Shown here in pieces: positions 29,971 through 39,791 of a stretch of 64,000 nt of DNA (positions are counted from its first letter, which is position 1; every line of letters starts with the position of its first letter). Origin of the DNA: a virus. A model generated the notes under the pieces. It was not told the DNA's origin and made no database searches. It saw nothing but the letters and a program-made list of their open reading frames with translations. The translations under genes and the position numbers were made by a program. The stretch lies in the IMG/VR virus record IMGVR_UViG_3300021962_000047, positions 41,972-105,971 of that record, one strand, 5' to 3'.

Positions 29971-30612
29971 ATGTTAGTTTCACACAGATATAAATTTATT
30001 TATTTAAAACCAAGAAAAGTTGCTGGGACATCTGTAGAATCATTTTTGGAAAGGTATTGTGTTAGCCCAGAATTAGAATCAACATATAAAATTAATGAAG
30101 ATACCAATTTTAAATCAGACGAGTACGGTATTATTGGTGGAAGAATGAAAGGTAAAGTTAGCGCAAAATGGTTAAACCATAAAAGTGTTCCTGAAATGAA
30201 AAGAGATTTGCCAAGTAATATATGGAATGAATATACAAAAATTTGTAATATTCGTAATCCATATGATATGACAGTTTCTTGGTTTCATTATAACCGACCT
30301 GGAAATGCGGTGAATAAAGAAATCTTTAAAAATTTTATTTTAAAAACAAATAATTTAACCACTCTCAGGTTTAATAAAAATATATGGTCAGATGGTGGCA
30401 AATTTAATTTTGAATATATTAAATTTGAAAATCTTGAGGAGGATTTAGATAATATAATGACTAAACTAAATTTACCAAAATACAACTTTGACCTACCCAA
30501 ATATAAGATTAGTCGTAGAGGTGAATGGCCACAATACTACGATACCCGTTCAAAAGACATCGTAACATCAATGTTTGAGGATGAAATTAACTTCTTTAAT
30601 TACAAATTTTAA
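29971..30612 (+). CDS. Sulfotransferase (Sulfotransfer_2 / carbohydrate sulfotransferase-like)
   Basis: FIYLKPRKVAGTS, IRNPYDMTVSWF, IKFENLEED and YY...V...F..D.F.Y.F ending. Confidence 0.82.
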   Translation: MLVSHRYKFIYLKPRKVAGTSVESFLERYCVSPELESTYKINEDTNFKSDEYGIIGGRMKGKVSAKWLNHKSVPEMKRDLPSNIWNEYTKICNIRNPYDMTVSWFHYNRPGNAVNKEIFKNFILKTNNLTTLRFNKNIWSDGGKFNFEYIKFENLEEDLDNIMTKLNLPKYNFDLPKYKISRRGEWPQYYDTRSKDIVTSMFEDEINFFNYKF

Positions 30613-30687
30613 GAAGTTAAAACATATACATTAAATCTTTAATATTCTTAAGGTTTAAACTATTATTACTATGATAATTTAAGCTTT

Positions 30688-31851
30688 ATGAAAAAACTAG
30701 GTGTAATCGGTATCGGCAAATTAGGTTTATCTTTTGCATTGTTAGCCGAAAATAAAGGATATATAGTATGGGGTTCTGATGTCGATAAAGAATATATAAA
30801 TTCTTTAAAAAATAAGACATTTAAAACTAATGAACCACATATTACCGAGTATTTAAAAAACTCAAAAAATTTTAATCCCACAATAGAGAATATAGATGTA
30901 ATTGGTAATTGTGATTTAATCTTCACATTTGTACCAACTAATTCATTACCTAACGGTGAATATGACCACAAATACATTGAAGAGGTTGTGGATGCCTTCG
31001 AGGCAATGCATTACACGGGTTGTGACATATTAGGTAAAACTTTAGTAATCGGATGTACAACCAGTCCTGGTTATGTTGATACAATTCAAGAAAGATTAGA
31101 AGAATATGGAGTAAATGTTTGTTATAACCCTGAATTCATCGCTCAAGGAGATATAATAAATGGATTAGTCAATTCTGATTTTGTCTTAATCGGAACAAAC
31201 ACCCCCAACGAAATTAAGGATTTAACCGAGGTTTATTACACAATAATGAACGATGAACCCGTCTTTAAGATAATGTCAAATACCGCAGCGGAGATTACAA
31301 AAATTGCAGTTAATTGTTATCTAACAACAAAAATATCTTTTGCCAACATGATTGGTGAAATTTGTCACAATACAGGTATCGGTGATGAGGTTGATACAGT
31401 TTTATCCGCCATCGGTACTGATAAGAGAATCGGCAATAGATACCTCAAATATGGGTTTGGATTTGGTGGTCCGTGTTTACCTCGTGATAATAGAGCCCTC
31501 GGAGCTCACGCGGAAAAAGTTGGACTTGAAGTCAATCTACCGTTATCTGTAGATAAGTTTAACTTCGAACATCACAAGTATTTGGTAAATAAATTTGTTA
31601 CCGAATATCCCGACAGAAACACAACATTTGTTTTTGACTCTATTAGTTATAAAAAAGGAGTCGATATATTAGAAGATTCACAACAACTAACACTTCTATT
31701 AACACTCCTATCTGAAGGGTATAATTGTGTGGTCTTAGAAATGGATAGTATCATAGAAAAGATTGAGACACCTCTTAAAAATGTGTGGGGAGATAGAATC
31801 ACTATGTTACCATTAAACTCTGAAGTTGAAGGTGTTAAAATAAATTTATGA
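30688..31851 (+). CDS. ugd: UDP-glucose/GDP-mannose 6-dehydrogenase
   Basis: GIGKLG Rossmann motif, YNPEFIAQG, AEITKIAVN, KISFAN and GFGGPCLPRD. Confidence 0.9.
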   Translation: MKKLGVIGIGKLGLSFALLAENKGYIVWGSDVDKEYINSLKNKTFKTNEPHITEYLKNSKNFNPTIENIDVIGNCDLIFTFVPTNSLPNGEYDHKYIEEVVDAFEAMHYTGCDILGKTLVIGCTTSPGYVDTIQERLEEYGVNVCYNPEFIAQGDIINGLVNSDFVLIGTNTPNEIKDLTEVYYTIMNDEPVFKIMSNTAAEITKIAVNCYLTTKISFANMIGEICHNTGIGDEVDTVLSAIGTDKRIGNRYLKYGFGFGGPCLPRDNRALGAHAEKVGLEVNLPLSVDKFNFEHHKYLVNKFVTEYPDRNTTFVFDSISYKKGVDILEDSQQLTLLLTLLSEGYNCVVLEMDSIIEKIETPLKNVWGDRITMLPLNSEVEGVKINL

Positions 31852-32933
31852 AAAAAGTCATAGTACTTGGTGGGGGTGGATTCATTGGTGGTCACCTAGC
31901 GAAAAGATTAAAAGATGAAGGACATGAAGTCACAATCTGTGATATCAAACCTCATGACTATTGGAATCACGAAGACATCTGTGATGAATTTATTTTTGGG
32001 GATTTAAGACACCCCGGAGTTGTTGCGGATGTTATTGATGAAAACATAGATGAGGTATATCAATTAGCCGCGGATATGGGTGGTGCTGCGTACATCTTTA
32101 CTGGTGAAAATGATGCTGATGTAATGCATAATTCAGCAATGATAAACCTAAATGTTGCTAAAGAATGTGTTAAGAAAAAAGTTAAAAAAGTATTTTATTC
32201 TTCTTCGGCCTGTATGTATCCTGAATACAATCAGATGGACCCTGATAATCCAAATTGTGAAGAATCGTCAGCTTATCCTGCAAACCCCGATTCAGAATAC
32301 GGATGGGAAAAATTATTCTCAGAGAGAATGTTTTTATCCTTCTACCGTAATTACGGTTTGGATGTAAGAATTGCACGATTTCATAACATCTTCGGTCCTA
32401 TGGGTACTTGGAAGGGTGGAAAGGAAAAAGCACCTGCAGCTATGTGTAGAAAAGTCGCCGAATCTGAATCTGAAATTGAGGTGTGGGGTGATGGTCAACA
32501 AACCAGGTCATTCCTTTATATTGACGAATGTGTGGATGCCGTTCTAAAATTTATGGATTCAGATTTTACAGGTCCTGTTAATATTGGTTCCGAAGAAATG
32601 GTAACAATAAATCAGTTAGCTCAGATGTGTATTGATATTTCAAAAAAAGACATTAAAATTAATAATATAAATGGACAAGAATTTATTGAAAAATATGGAT
32701 TTAAATGTCCGATTGGAGTCAGGGGTAGAAACTCTGACAATAAACTTTACAAAGATAAAATAGGTTGGGTAGTATCTCAGCCGCTAATTGTTGGTATGGA
32801 AAAAACATATGAATGGATAGAAAATCAAGTAAACGAAGAAAAGAAAACCTACATTTATGAAAGTCCTGATGGAGGTAAGACAGTTTACAGAAGAGAGTTT
32901 GGACAACCTCACGAAACTAGAGAATTGATTTAA
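31848..32933 (+). CDS. NAD-dependent epimerase, GDP-mannose 3,5-epimerase-like
   Basis: GGGGFIG, LAADMGG, SSACMYP, YGWEK, RFHNIFGP and EKAPAAMCRK. Confidence 0.88.
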   Translation: MKKVIVLGGGGFIGGHLAKRLKDEGHEVTICDIKPHDYWNHEDICDEFIFGDLRHPGVVADVIDENIDEVYQLAADMGGAAYIFTGENDADVMHNSAMINLNVAKECVKKKVKKVFYSSSACMYPEYNQMDPDNPNCEESSAYPANPDSEYGWEKLFSERMFLSFYRNYGLDVRIARFHNIFGPMGTWKGGKEKAPAAMCRKVAESESEIEVWGDGQQTRSFLYIDECVDAVLKFMDSDFTGPVNIGSEEMVTINQLAQMCIDISKKDIKINNINGQEFIEKYGFKCPIGVRGRNSDNKLYKDKIGWVVSQPLIVGMEKTYEWIENQVNEEKKTYIYESPDGGKTVYRREFGQPHETRELI

Positions 32934-32955
32934 AATAAACAATAACAAAATATAC

Positions 32956-33681
32956 ATGGCAAATACAAGAAGAAAACCTGAGTCAACATCAACACCACTA
33001 CCGAAAATGACTCGGAAAGACCTAATTCAAAGTGTTATCGGTAAAACACCAAGAAAGAAATTCTTATCTGAAGGACAAAGACACTACTTTGAATTATTAG
33101 AAAATAAAGAAATAACAATTTGTACAGGACCTGCAGGGGTTGGTAAATCATACATCGCAATGAATGCGGCGGTACAATTATTATTAGACCCAAATAACTC
33201 ATATGAAAAAATTATAATTGTTAGACCTGCGGTTGAAGCTGAAGAAAAACTCGGAGCATTACCAGGAAACGTTGAAGAGAAATTGGACCCTTATATTTTC
33301 CCATCATATTATCTTTTAAATAAAATAATAGGTAAAGATGCTAGAGAAAAATTAAAAGAATATGATATTATTGAAGTTTTCGCATTGGCATACATGAGAG
33401 GTATGAATATCGATAATTCAATTCTAATTTTTGAAGAAGCACAAAACTGTACACCTAAACAAATGAAACTTTTATTAACTCGAATTGGTTTTAATAGTAA
33501 GTTTTTTATCTCAGGAGACCTTGAGCAAACTGACCGTTACAAAGATAAAACACATTCAGGTTTATGGGATGCGATTGAACGATTAAAAGATTTAGATAAT
33601 ATCGGTATTTACCAATTTGATAATAAAGATATTATTAGAAATCCAATCATAACTAAAATCTTAGATAGATACGAAGAATGA
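32956..33681 (+). CDS. phoH: PhoH-like ATPase
   Basis: GPAGVGKS, RPAVE, LGALPG, YMRG, EEAQN, TRIG, GDLEQ.D and IIRN. Confidence 0.93.
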   Translation: MANTRRKPESTSTPLPKMTRKDLIQSVIGKTPRKKFLSEGQRHYFELLENKEITICTGPAGVGKSYIAMNAAVQLLLDPNNSYEKIIIVRPAVEAEEKLGALPGNVEEKLDPYIFPSYYLLNKIIGKDAREKLKEYDIIEVFALAYMRGMNIDNSILIFEEAQNCTPKQMKLLLTRIGFNSKFFISGDLEQTDRYKDKTHSGLWDAIERLKDLDNIGIYQFDNKDIIRNPIITKILDRYEE

Positions 33682-34289
33682 AAATAGCATTTGATGTAAA
33701 TGGAGTATTAAGAGACACTTTTGGTAAGGCCGAACAGGTTTACCAAAAGTTTTATATTGATGACTACATAAAAGAAGAAGGTGAAGATGATTTTGAATTT
33801 AAATTAAATTTACCAATGACTTCTTATACCCTTTCGGACCATTTTATTTTCCCAAAGGAAGAAGATTTATATGATTTTCTATATGTAGAATACCCAATGC
33901 AGATTTTTGGTCATGCTCCATCACCAAGTGGTAATACATTTAACGTACTAAACGAAATATATGAAGAATTAAGAGATGACCACGAGATAATTGTTGTGTC
34001 TGATGAAATACAAAAATCAAAACCGGCAACATTATTTTTCTTATCAAAGTATGGATGTTTAATTGAGAAGATACTTTTTTATTCTAAAATAACTGAAAAT
34101 AATATGTGGTCAGAATGTGACATTTTAATAACCGCTAATCCAAATTTATTAATGGAATATCCGGTGGATAAAATTTTAGTGAAGTTTGAAACCGAATATA
34201 ATCAAGGTATTGATTGTGATTATACCATCAAAAATCTCGAAGAGTTTAAATCTCTTTATGAACAACTTAAATTAAAAGAAAATGATTAA
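33678..34289 (+). CDS. HAD-family 5'(3')-nucleotidase-like protein
   Basis: IAFDVNGVLRD N-terminal HAD motif; C-terminal YN motif. Confidence 0.65.
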   Translation: MKIAFDVNGVLRDTFGKAEQVYQKFYIDDYIKEEGEDDFEFKLNLPMTSYTLSDHFIFPKEEDLYDFLYVEYPMQIFGHAPSPSGNTFNVLNEIYEELRDDHEIIVVSDEIQKSKPATLFFLSKYGCLIEKILFYSKITENNMWSECDILITANPNLLMEYPVDKILVKFETEYNQGIDCDYTIKNLEEFKSLYEQLKLKEND

Positions 34290-34548
34290 TATTTTTGGAA
34301 AAAATTACTTTATTGATATGAATGCTCTTGAAGAGTTTATTCAAATAAATAAAGTAACAACTACGGGTGATACTGAAAGTTTTTCGGTTATCAAGTTTGA
34401 AATGGCTAAAACCTTTATTGAGGTAATATTAACAGAAAGGGAAGAAATTGATGAAAATTTAGGCACATATAGTGTTAAAAATTTAAGTATTCCCTTTAAA
34501 ATCGCATTTAATACTTTATTAGTATATAATATTTTAAAAGAAATTTAA
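34282..34548 (+). CDS. Hypothetical protein
   Basis: Operon ORF. Confidence 0.65.
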   Translation: MINIFGKNYFIDMNALEEFIQINKVTTTGDTESFSVIKFEMAKTFIEVILTEREEIDENLGTYSVKNLSIPFKIAFNTLLVYNILKEI

Positions 34549-34550
34549 AA

Positions 34551-35615
34551 ATGGACCAAGAAACAATTAAAAAAATAGAGAAATCTATTGAAAATTTAGC
34601 TGAGAAAAAATCGAGAATCTTATTCTTAACTCAAGACACTAAAGGTAATGCCAAAGCTTCTATTAGACACATTTATGAAATGGCATTAACTTTAAAAAAC
34701 AATGGGTTTAATCCAATTATCCTTCACGAATCAAATGACTACAAAGGTGTTGCCGGATGGTTAGGCGAAGAATATATGGAAATTCCACATCAATCAATCG
34801 AATCACAAAATTTACAAATTTCACCAGAAGATTTTATTGTAGTTCCTGAATTATACGGTCACGTATTAGAACAATTATCAAATATTACTACAGGTAAAAT
34901 TATTCTTTGTCAAGCATATGACCATATGTTAGAGACATTACAGCCAGGTGCAACTTGGAGTCAATATGGTTTTGTTAAATGTATTACAACAACTGAATTA
35001 CAAAAAGAGTATGTTTCAGAAATTATGAAATCGGTTTCTTTTGATGTTATTAAACCAACAATTGCAGATGTTTTTACTAAAAAAGAAAAACCGGCAAAAC
35101 CATTTATCGCGGTACACACAAGAGACCAAAGAGATACAATGAAATTGATTAAAACTTTTTATCTAAAATTCCCACAATTTAGATGGGTTACATTTAGAGA
35201 TATGAGAGGATTAAATCAAAACGAATTCGCAGAAGCATTAAAAGAAAGTTTCGTTTCAATATGGGTAGACGATACTTCAGGTTTTGGTACATATCCATTA
35301 GAGAGTATGGCATGTGGTACACCAGTAATCGGTAAAGTACCAAACATGAAACCAGAATGGATGAATGAGAAAAACGGTATTTGGACGTATGATTTAAATG
35401 CGTTAGTAAATATTGTAGCAGAATTTACACAAAATTGGTTAGAAGATAACATCGCAGACCAATTGTATGAATCAGGATATGAAACTGCAAAAACATATCA
35501 GAATATGGAATCATTTGAAAAAGACGTTGTCTTAAAATTCACAGAATATTTGGGAATTAGACATGATAATTTCAAAGCACAATTAGATAAACTTAAATTA
35601 GAAGAGGTAAATTAA
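34551..35615 (+). CDS. GT-B fold glycosyltransferase (GT4-like)
   Basis: VVPE, LCQ and SGFGTYPLESMACGTPVIG donor-binding motif. Confidence 0.82.
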   Translation: MDQETIKKIEKSIENLAEKKSRILFLTQDTKGNAKASIRHIYEMALTLKNNGFNPIILHESNDYKGVAGWLGEEYMEIPHQSIESQNLQISPEDFIVVPELYGHVLEQLSNITTGKIILCQAYDHMLETLQPGATWSQYGFVKCITTTELQKEYVSEIMKSVSFDVIKPTIADVFTKKEKPAKPFIAVHTRDQRDTMKLIKTFYLKFPQFRWVTFRDMRGLNQNEFAEALKESFVSIWVDDTSGFGTYPLESMACGTPVIGKVPNMKPEWMNEKNGIWTYDLNALVNIVAEFTQNWLEDNIADQLYESGYETAKTYQNMESFEKDVVLKFTEYLGIRHDNFKAQLDKLKLEEVN

Positions 35616-35616
35616 A

Positions 35617-36420
35617 ATGGAAAAGTTAGACGTATCAGTAATTTTACCAGTAGAATCATCAAAACATAAAGATTTTACTGAATACTTAACAAAGGCAATA
35701 ATGTCTATAAACAATCAATCAGTTCCTGTAAACGAATTAGTATTGGTTCACTCAGGTGAAGAATCTTTACAGACCATTGTTGATGGTTTTGATTACAGTG
35801 GATTAACTATTAATATCGTAAAAAATGATGGGAAAACTGATTTTCCATCTCAAATTAATTTAGGAGTTAAAAACGCAAAATCAAAATGGATTTCTATTTT
35901 GGAATTTGATGATGAATACGCTTCTATTTGGTTTAAGAACGTTAAAGAATATATGGAATCTTATCCTGATTTTGATGGGTTCTTACCATTAGTTGTTGAT
36001 GTAGACAGTACAGGTATGTTTGTTGGTTTTACAAACGAAGCAACATTCGCAGCAAGTATGAATATGGAAATTGGTATTCTTACTAATGAACTATTATTAA
36101 ACTACCAAAACTTCCAAACCAGTGGATTGGTTGTTAAAAAATCAATTTTTGAAGATTTTGGAGGATTTAAATCATCATTTAAGTTAACTTTTGTTTATGA
36201 ATTCTTATTGAGAATGACGTACAACGCGGCTAAATTAATGACAATACCAAAGATTGGTTATAAACATATAAACCTAAGGGAGGGTTCAATTTTTTGGAAC
36301 TATAAAAACGGCTCAAACCGAATTTCTGAAGATGAAGTAAGTTTTTGGATTGAATCTGCAAAGAAAGAACATTTCTTTGCCGATGATAGGGGCATAAAAT
36401 ATGAACCAACAAATGTTTAA
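35617..36420 (+). CDS. GT-A (GT2-like) glycosyltransferase
   Basis: VSVILPV, NLGV, ILEFDD and GGFK motifs. Confidence 0.8.
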   Translation: MEKLDVSVILPVESSKHKDFTEYLTKAIMSINNQSVPVNELVLVHSGEESLQTIVDGFDYSGLTINIVKNDGKTDFPSQINLGVKNAKSKWISILEFDDEYASIWFKNVKEYMESYPDFDGFLPLVVDVDSTGMFVGFTNEATFAASMNMEIGILTNELLLNYQNFQTSGLVVKKSIFEDFGGFKSSFKLTFVYEFLLRMTYNAAKLMTIPKIGYKHINLREGSIFWNYKNGSNRISEDEVSFWIESAKKEHFFADDRGIKYEPTNV

Positions 36421-37172
36421 TGTTTTTATCTGAATTATCGGGTACATCTGCAGAATCAATACTAAAGAAAAGAGGTAGAAAACCCAAAAACACTAACTAT
36501 TTCGATGTAAGAGAAGAGACGGCAGTCAGGATGTTCTTGACTGCCACTACTTACAACGAGCGTAACCAGATATACAATGATTATCTGAGAGCGCCAGTAG
36601 ATAAGATGATTGAATCAATCATACGACGTTATAAACTATACCGTAAAGATATGGATTTTATTGAAATCCATAATGATACTCATTCATTTTTGGTTACAAA
36701 AATAGAAAAGTTTAAACCAGATAAAAATAAAAAAGCATATTCTTATTTTGGTACAATTTGTAAAAACTATTTGATGGGTCAAATCATCAAAGACCAAAAA
36801 GACCAAAATAGAAAAATATCATACGAAGACATTTCAGCATCGTTAGAAAATAGACCTGATTTAATTTATCACTTAGAACATGATGTTATCGAACCTTCAC
36901 AGGTTATTGAAGAGTTTTTAAAGAAGTTAAAAGAATATGTTTTAGATGAGAGTATGAGTCAAAACGAAGTTAAACTTGGTTATGCTCTTATCGAATTATT
37001 TGAAAATTATGATAATATTTTTATTGGAAATGATAACAATAAATTTAATAAAAATATTATTTTACTTTCATTACGAGAAATGACAAACCTATCAACTAAA
37101 GAAATTAGAACATCTATGAAAAAATATCGTAAGTTCTATTATGAGTTGATGAAAACATTAAATGAACTTTAA
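36420..37172 (+). CDS. Late-transcription sigma factor (T4 gp55-like)
   Basis: NYF near N-terminus and KFKPDKNKKAYSYFGTICKNYL resemble sigma region 2 of gp55-type factors. Confidence 0.7.
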   Translation: MFLSELSGTSAESILKKRGRKPKNTNYFDVREETAVRMFLTATTYNERNQIYNDYLRAPVDKMIESIIRRYKLYRKDMDFIEIHNDTHSFLVTKIEKFKPDKNKKAYSYFGTICKNYLMGQIIKDQKDQNRKISYEDISASLENRPDLIYHLEHDVIEPSQVIEEFLKKLKEYVLDESMSQNEVKLGYALIELFENYDNIFIGNDNNKFNKNIILLSLREMTNLSTKEIRTSMKKYRKFYYELMKTLNEL

Positions 37173-37201
37173 AAATATTACAGCTAACTATTTATAGTAT
37201 T

Positions 37202-37576
37202 ATGTCTAGACCAAAAAAGAAAGATATTGTCCTAACCAAAGACTCGGTACTTAGTCTGATGCAGGAAATCTACAATGAACTTGTAGAACAAAGAACTACT
37301 GCAATAAGAATACAAAATAAAATGTTAGCCATGTTGAAAGACCCCGAAGACATGACTGTAATCGGACCTGTAATTAAAGAACAACAGAAAATCATAAACG
37401 ACACCATCGAAAAAAAATTGAGCCTCTCAAAACTACAATCAGGCATTTGGGAAAAATCTCAAAATAACAATGATGAGTCATTTAACTTATCTGAGATGGA
37501 TGATGATGTTCTTAAAGCTTTAATCAACAAAGATTTAGATAACGAAGAAAAAGGGGGGTATAACTTAGGTAAATAA
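37202..37576 (+). CDS. Hypothetical helical protein
   Basis: ORF with late motif at 37189-37195. Confidence 0.7.
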   Translation: MSRPKKKDIVLTKDSVLSLMQEIYNELVEQRTTAIRIQNKMLAMLKDPEDMTVIGPVIKEQQKIINDTIEKKLSLSKLQSGIWEKSQNNNDESFNLSEMDDDVLKALINKDLDNEEKGGYNLGK

Positions 37577-37584
37577 CCCTCAAG

Positions 37585-39582
37585 ATGGCAGACATTAAAA
37601 ATCAATACAAAGAATTTACTAACAAAACAGAATCTCTTTATACTGTTAATAAAGCTAAGACAGATAAAAAGAGAATCGAAAAAGAAAAATCTCAAAATAA
37701 TTTTGAGGAGGTTAAAAAAGATGCATTTAGTAATCTAAATGAGTGGGGTAATACTGCAAATGGAATCGATAATGATTTCAAAAAACAAATGCAGGCATTT
37801 AAAGAAAATCAATTAGATTCTTTAACAAAATTATTCTTAATTACAGATTCAAAGGCAATTAACCAAGATAGTAAAACAAACTCTACTGCCAACAAAAAAC
37901 CACAATACGGTAAAAAAACAAAAGACACTCTAATCAGTTGTTATAATGACGCAATTTTAGCTACAAAATCTAGAATACCTGAAATCTTTATACAAGAAGT
38001 CATTTCAACTTTAGGTTGTTCTGAAGAACAAACATATGAATTAGCACCAGTATATGTTAGAGTCGAATCTATAGATTTATTTAAGACACTTAAAGAAGAC
38101 CCATCATCTACACCGGGTAATCTTTATTATGAAGCAAATACAACACCAAACGGTACTGTTCCATATAGTATGGACCTCGAATTATATAATCGTCTAAATA
38201 AATTTGGACAATCATTTAGTACCGAATATGGTTCAGATTATATTGGAGCGTCATCAAATCAATTGATGAATTTTGAATATGTCGACCAAGATGGTAATGG
38301 TAACTTTGGTAACTTTTATAAAGTAACATTAAATTCAAGACCTGATAATGTTAATAAGGTTACGGATTTTTTAATGGATTATTATTCATCTATTGAAATT
38401 TTAAATTTAGACCAATTTGCAACAAATGTGTTAAATCTTTTAATGGGGGCTTTTTCATTTAAAATGAATGTATCTGTAGACCAATTAAGAGACCAGACAA
38501 AATTTGAAAAGATATTACAAAGAGTTTTAGGTTTATGTTTTGACGCGGCTGAAGAAATTGATGTTAGCGGTAATGCTAAGTTATCTGTGTTAGATTTAGT
38601 TGATGAAAGTTTTTTTGAACTTAATTCAACAGAGTTAAAAGAAATTGATGAAAGAATCAATGATATCAAAAGAGGTGTTGTTGAATTTACTGATTGTAAC
38701 AATGTTAAAGTTCCTTTTGATTATGACGCAATTAATGGTTATGCACAAGATGTTATGTCTAAAACTAACGATACGGATAAACTAAACGCATTGGGAGATG
38801 CAATAGACACTATGTCACAAAATGAAAATTGGAAATTGTTATTACCTAATGTAGATATTGAGGCATCCGTAAAATTTGATTTTTTAAGACAAATACCAAA
38901 AGCATTAATGATGACAGTTTTATCTCCAAAAGTATTATTTGGGTTATTAATTTTAGTTAAAGCGTTAAAAAATACTATTGCCGACTTAGTTGAGGATTTG
39001 AATTCATTTCTTCAAGCATTTAAAGATTTAATTATTGAAGTTATGTCTAAAATAGGTGCTATTTTTGTTGAGGAGTTAGTGAAACAAATTAAAAAGAATA
39101 TAAAAAGATTAGTACAAAACATCGCATTAGATATTATCAAAGAATCTAAAGATGCGAGAATTAAAATTATCACATCACTAATAGCATCGGCACTTACTGT
39201 TGCACAATTAGTGAGAGATTATCGTAGATGTAAATCAGTGATTGATGAATTAATATATCTACTACGAATAGTCGCGGCCAATTTCGGTCAGAATAAATTA
39301 CCTTCATTCGCAGTTGCCCTTTCGGCGACTCGTTCAGGGATGTCACAAACAAGAGCGTTGTCAAACATTATTGATGAAATGCAAAAAATAGGATTACCTA
39401 CTGGAGATTTACCGGATGGTTCACCTAATATGATGATACAATCAAAACTAGCGGACCTTAATGGATTCTTTACTGAAATGCAACAAAATGGTAAAGTCCA
39501 AGGATTTTCACCACCGGTACCTGTTGGAGGTATTGGAGCTGGTGTAACCGCACCAATTAACATAGATGGATTATTTTTTTAA
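37585..39582 (+). CDS. Large hypothetical protein, probable baseplate/tail component
   Basis: 665-aa ORF in a late operon upstream of the gp5-like gene. Confidence 0.55.
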   Translation: MADIKNQYKEFTNKTESLYTVNKAKTDKKRIEKEKSQNNFEEVKKDAFSNLNEWGNTANGIDNDFKKQMQAFKENQLDSLTKLFLITDSKAINQDSKTNSTANKKPQYGKKTKDTLISCYNDAILATKSRIPEIFIQEVISTLGCSEEQTYELAPVYVRVESIDLFKTLKEDPSSTPGNLYYEANTTPNGTVPYSMDLELYNRLNKFGQSFSTEYGSDYIGASSNQLMNFEYVDQDGNGNFGNFYKVTLNSRPDNVNKVTDFLMDYYSSIEILNLDQFATNVLNLLMGAFSFKMNVSVDQLRDQTKFEKILQRVLGLCFDAAEEIDVSGNAKLSVLDLVDESFFELNSTELKEIDERINDIKRGVVEFTDCNNVKVPFDYDAINGYAQDVMSKTNDTDKLNALGDAIDTMSQNENWKLLLPNVDIEASVKFDFLRQIPKALMMTVLSPKVLFGLLILVKALKNTIADLVEDLNSFLQAFKDLIIEVMSKIGAIFVEELVKQIKKNIKRLVQNIALDIIKESKDARIKIITSLIASALTVAQLVRDYRRCKSVIDELIYLLRIVAANFGQNKLPSFAVALSATRSGMSQTRALSNIIDEMQKIGLPTGDLPDGSPNMMIQSKLADLNGFFTEMQQNGKVQGFSPPVPVGGIGAGVTAPINIDGLFF

Positions 39583-39584
39583 AT

Positions 39585-39791
39585 ATGGAAAACGTAGAAA
39601 AGTTAAAATCGGTCTTAACAGAATATAAAAGCAAATCGAATAATGATTTAAGATTTGCCATGGATGAGATATCTAAAGATTTTGAAGATACAAAAGAATT
39701 AGTTATTAAATTAACTCATCATTTAGATGCCTTGGAGCACAATTACAATAGATTATTAGAAGAGTATAAATCTAGAAATATTAAAGAATAA
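39585..39791 (+). CDS. Small coiled-coil hypothetical protein
   Basis: Operon ORF. Confidence 0.6.
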   Translation: MENVEKLKSVLTEYKSKSNNDLRFAMDEISKDFEDTKELVIKLTHHLDALEHNYNRLLEEYKSRNIKE

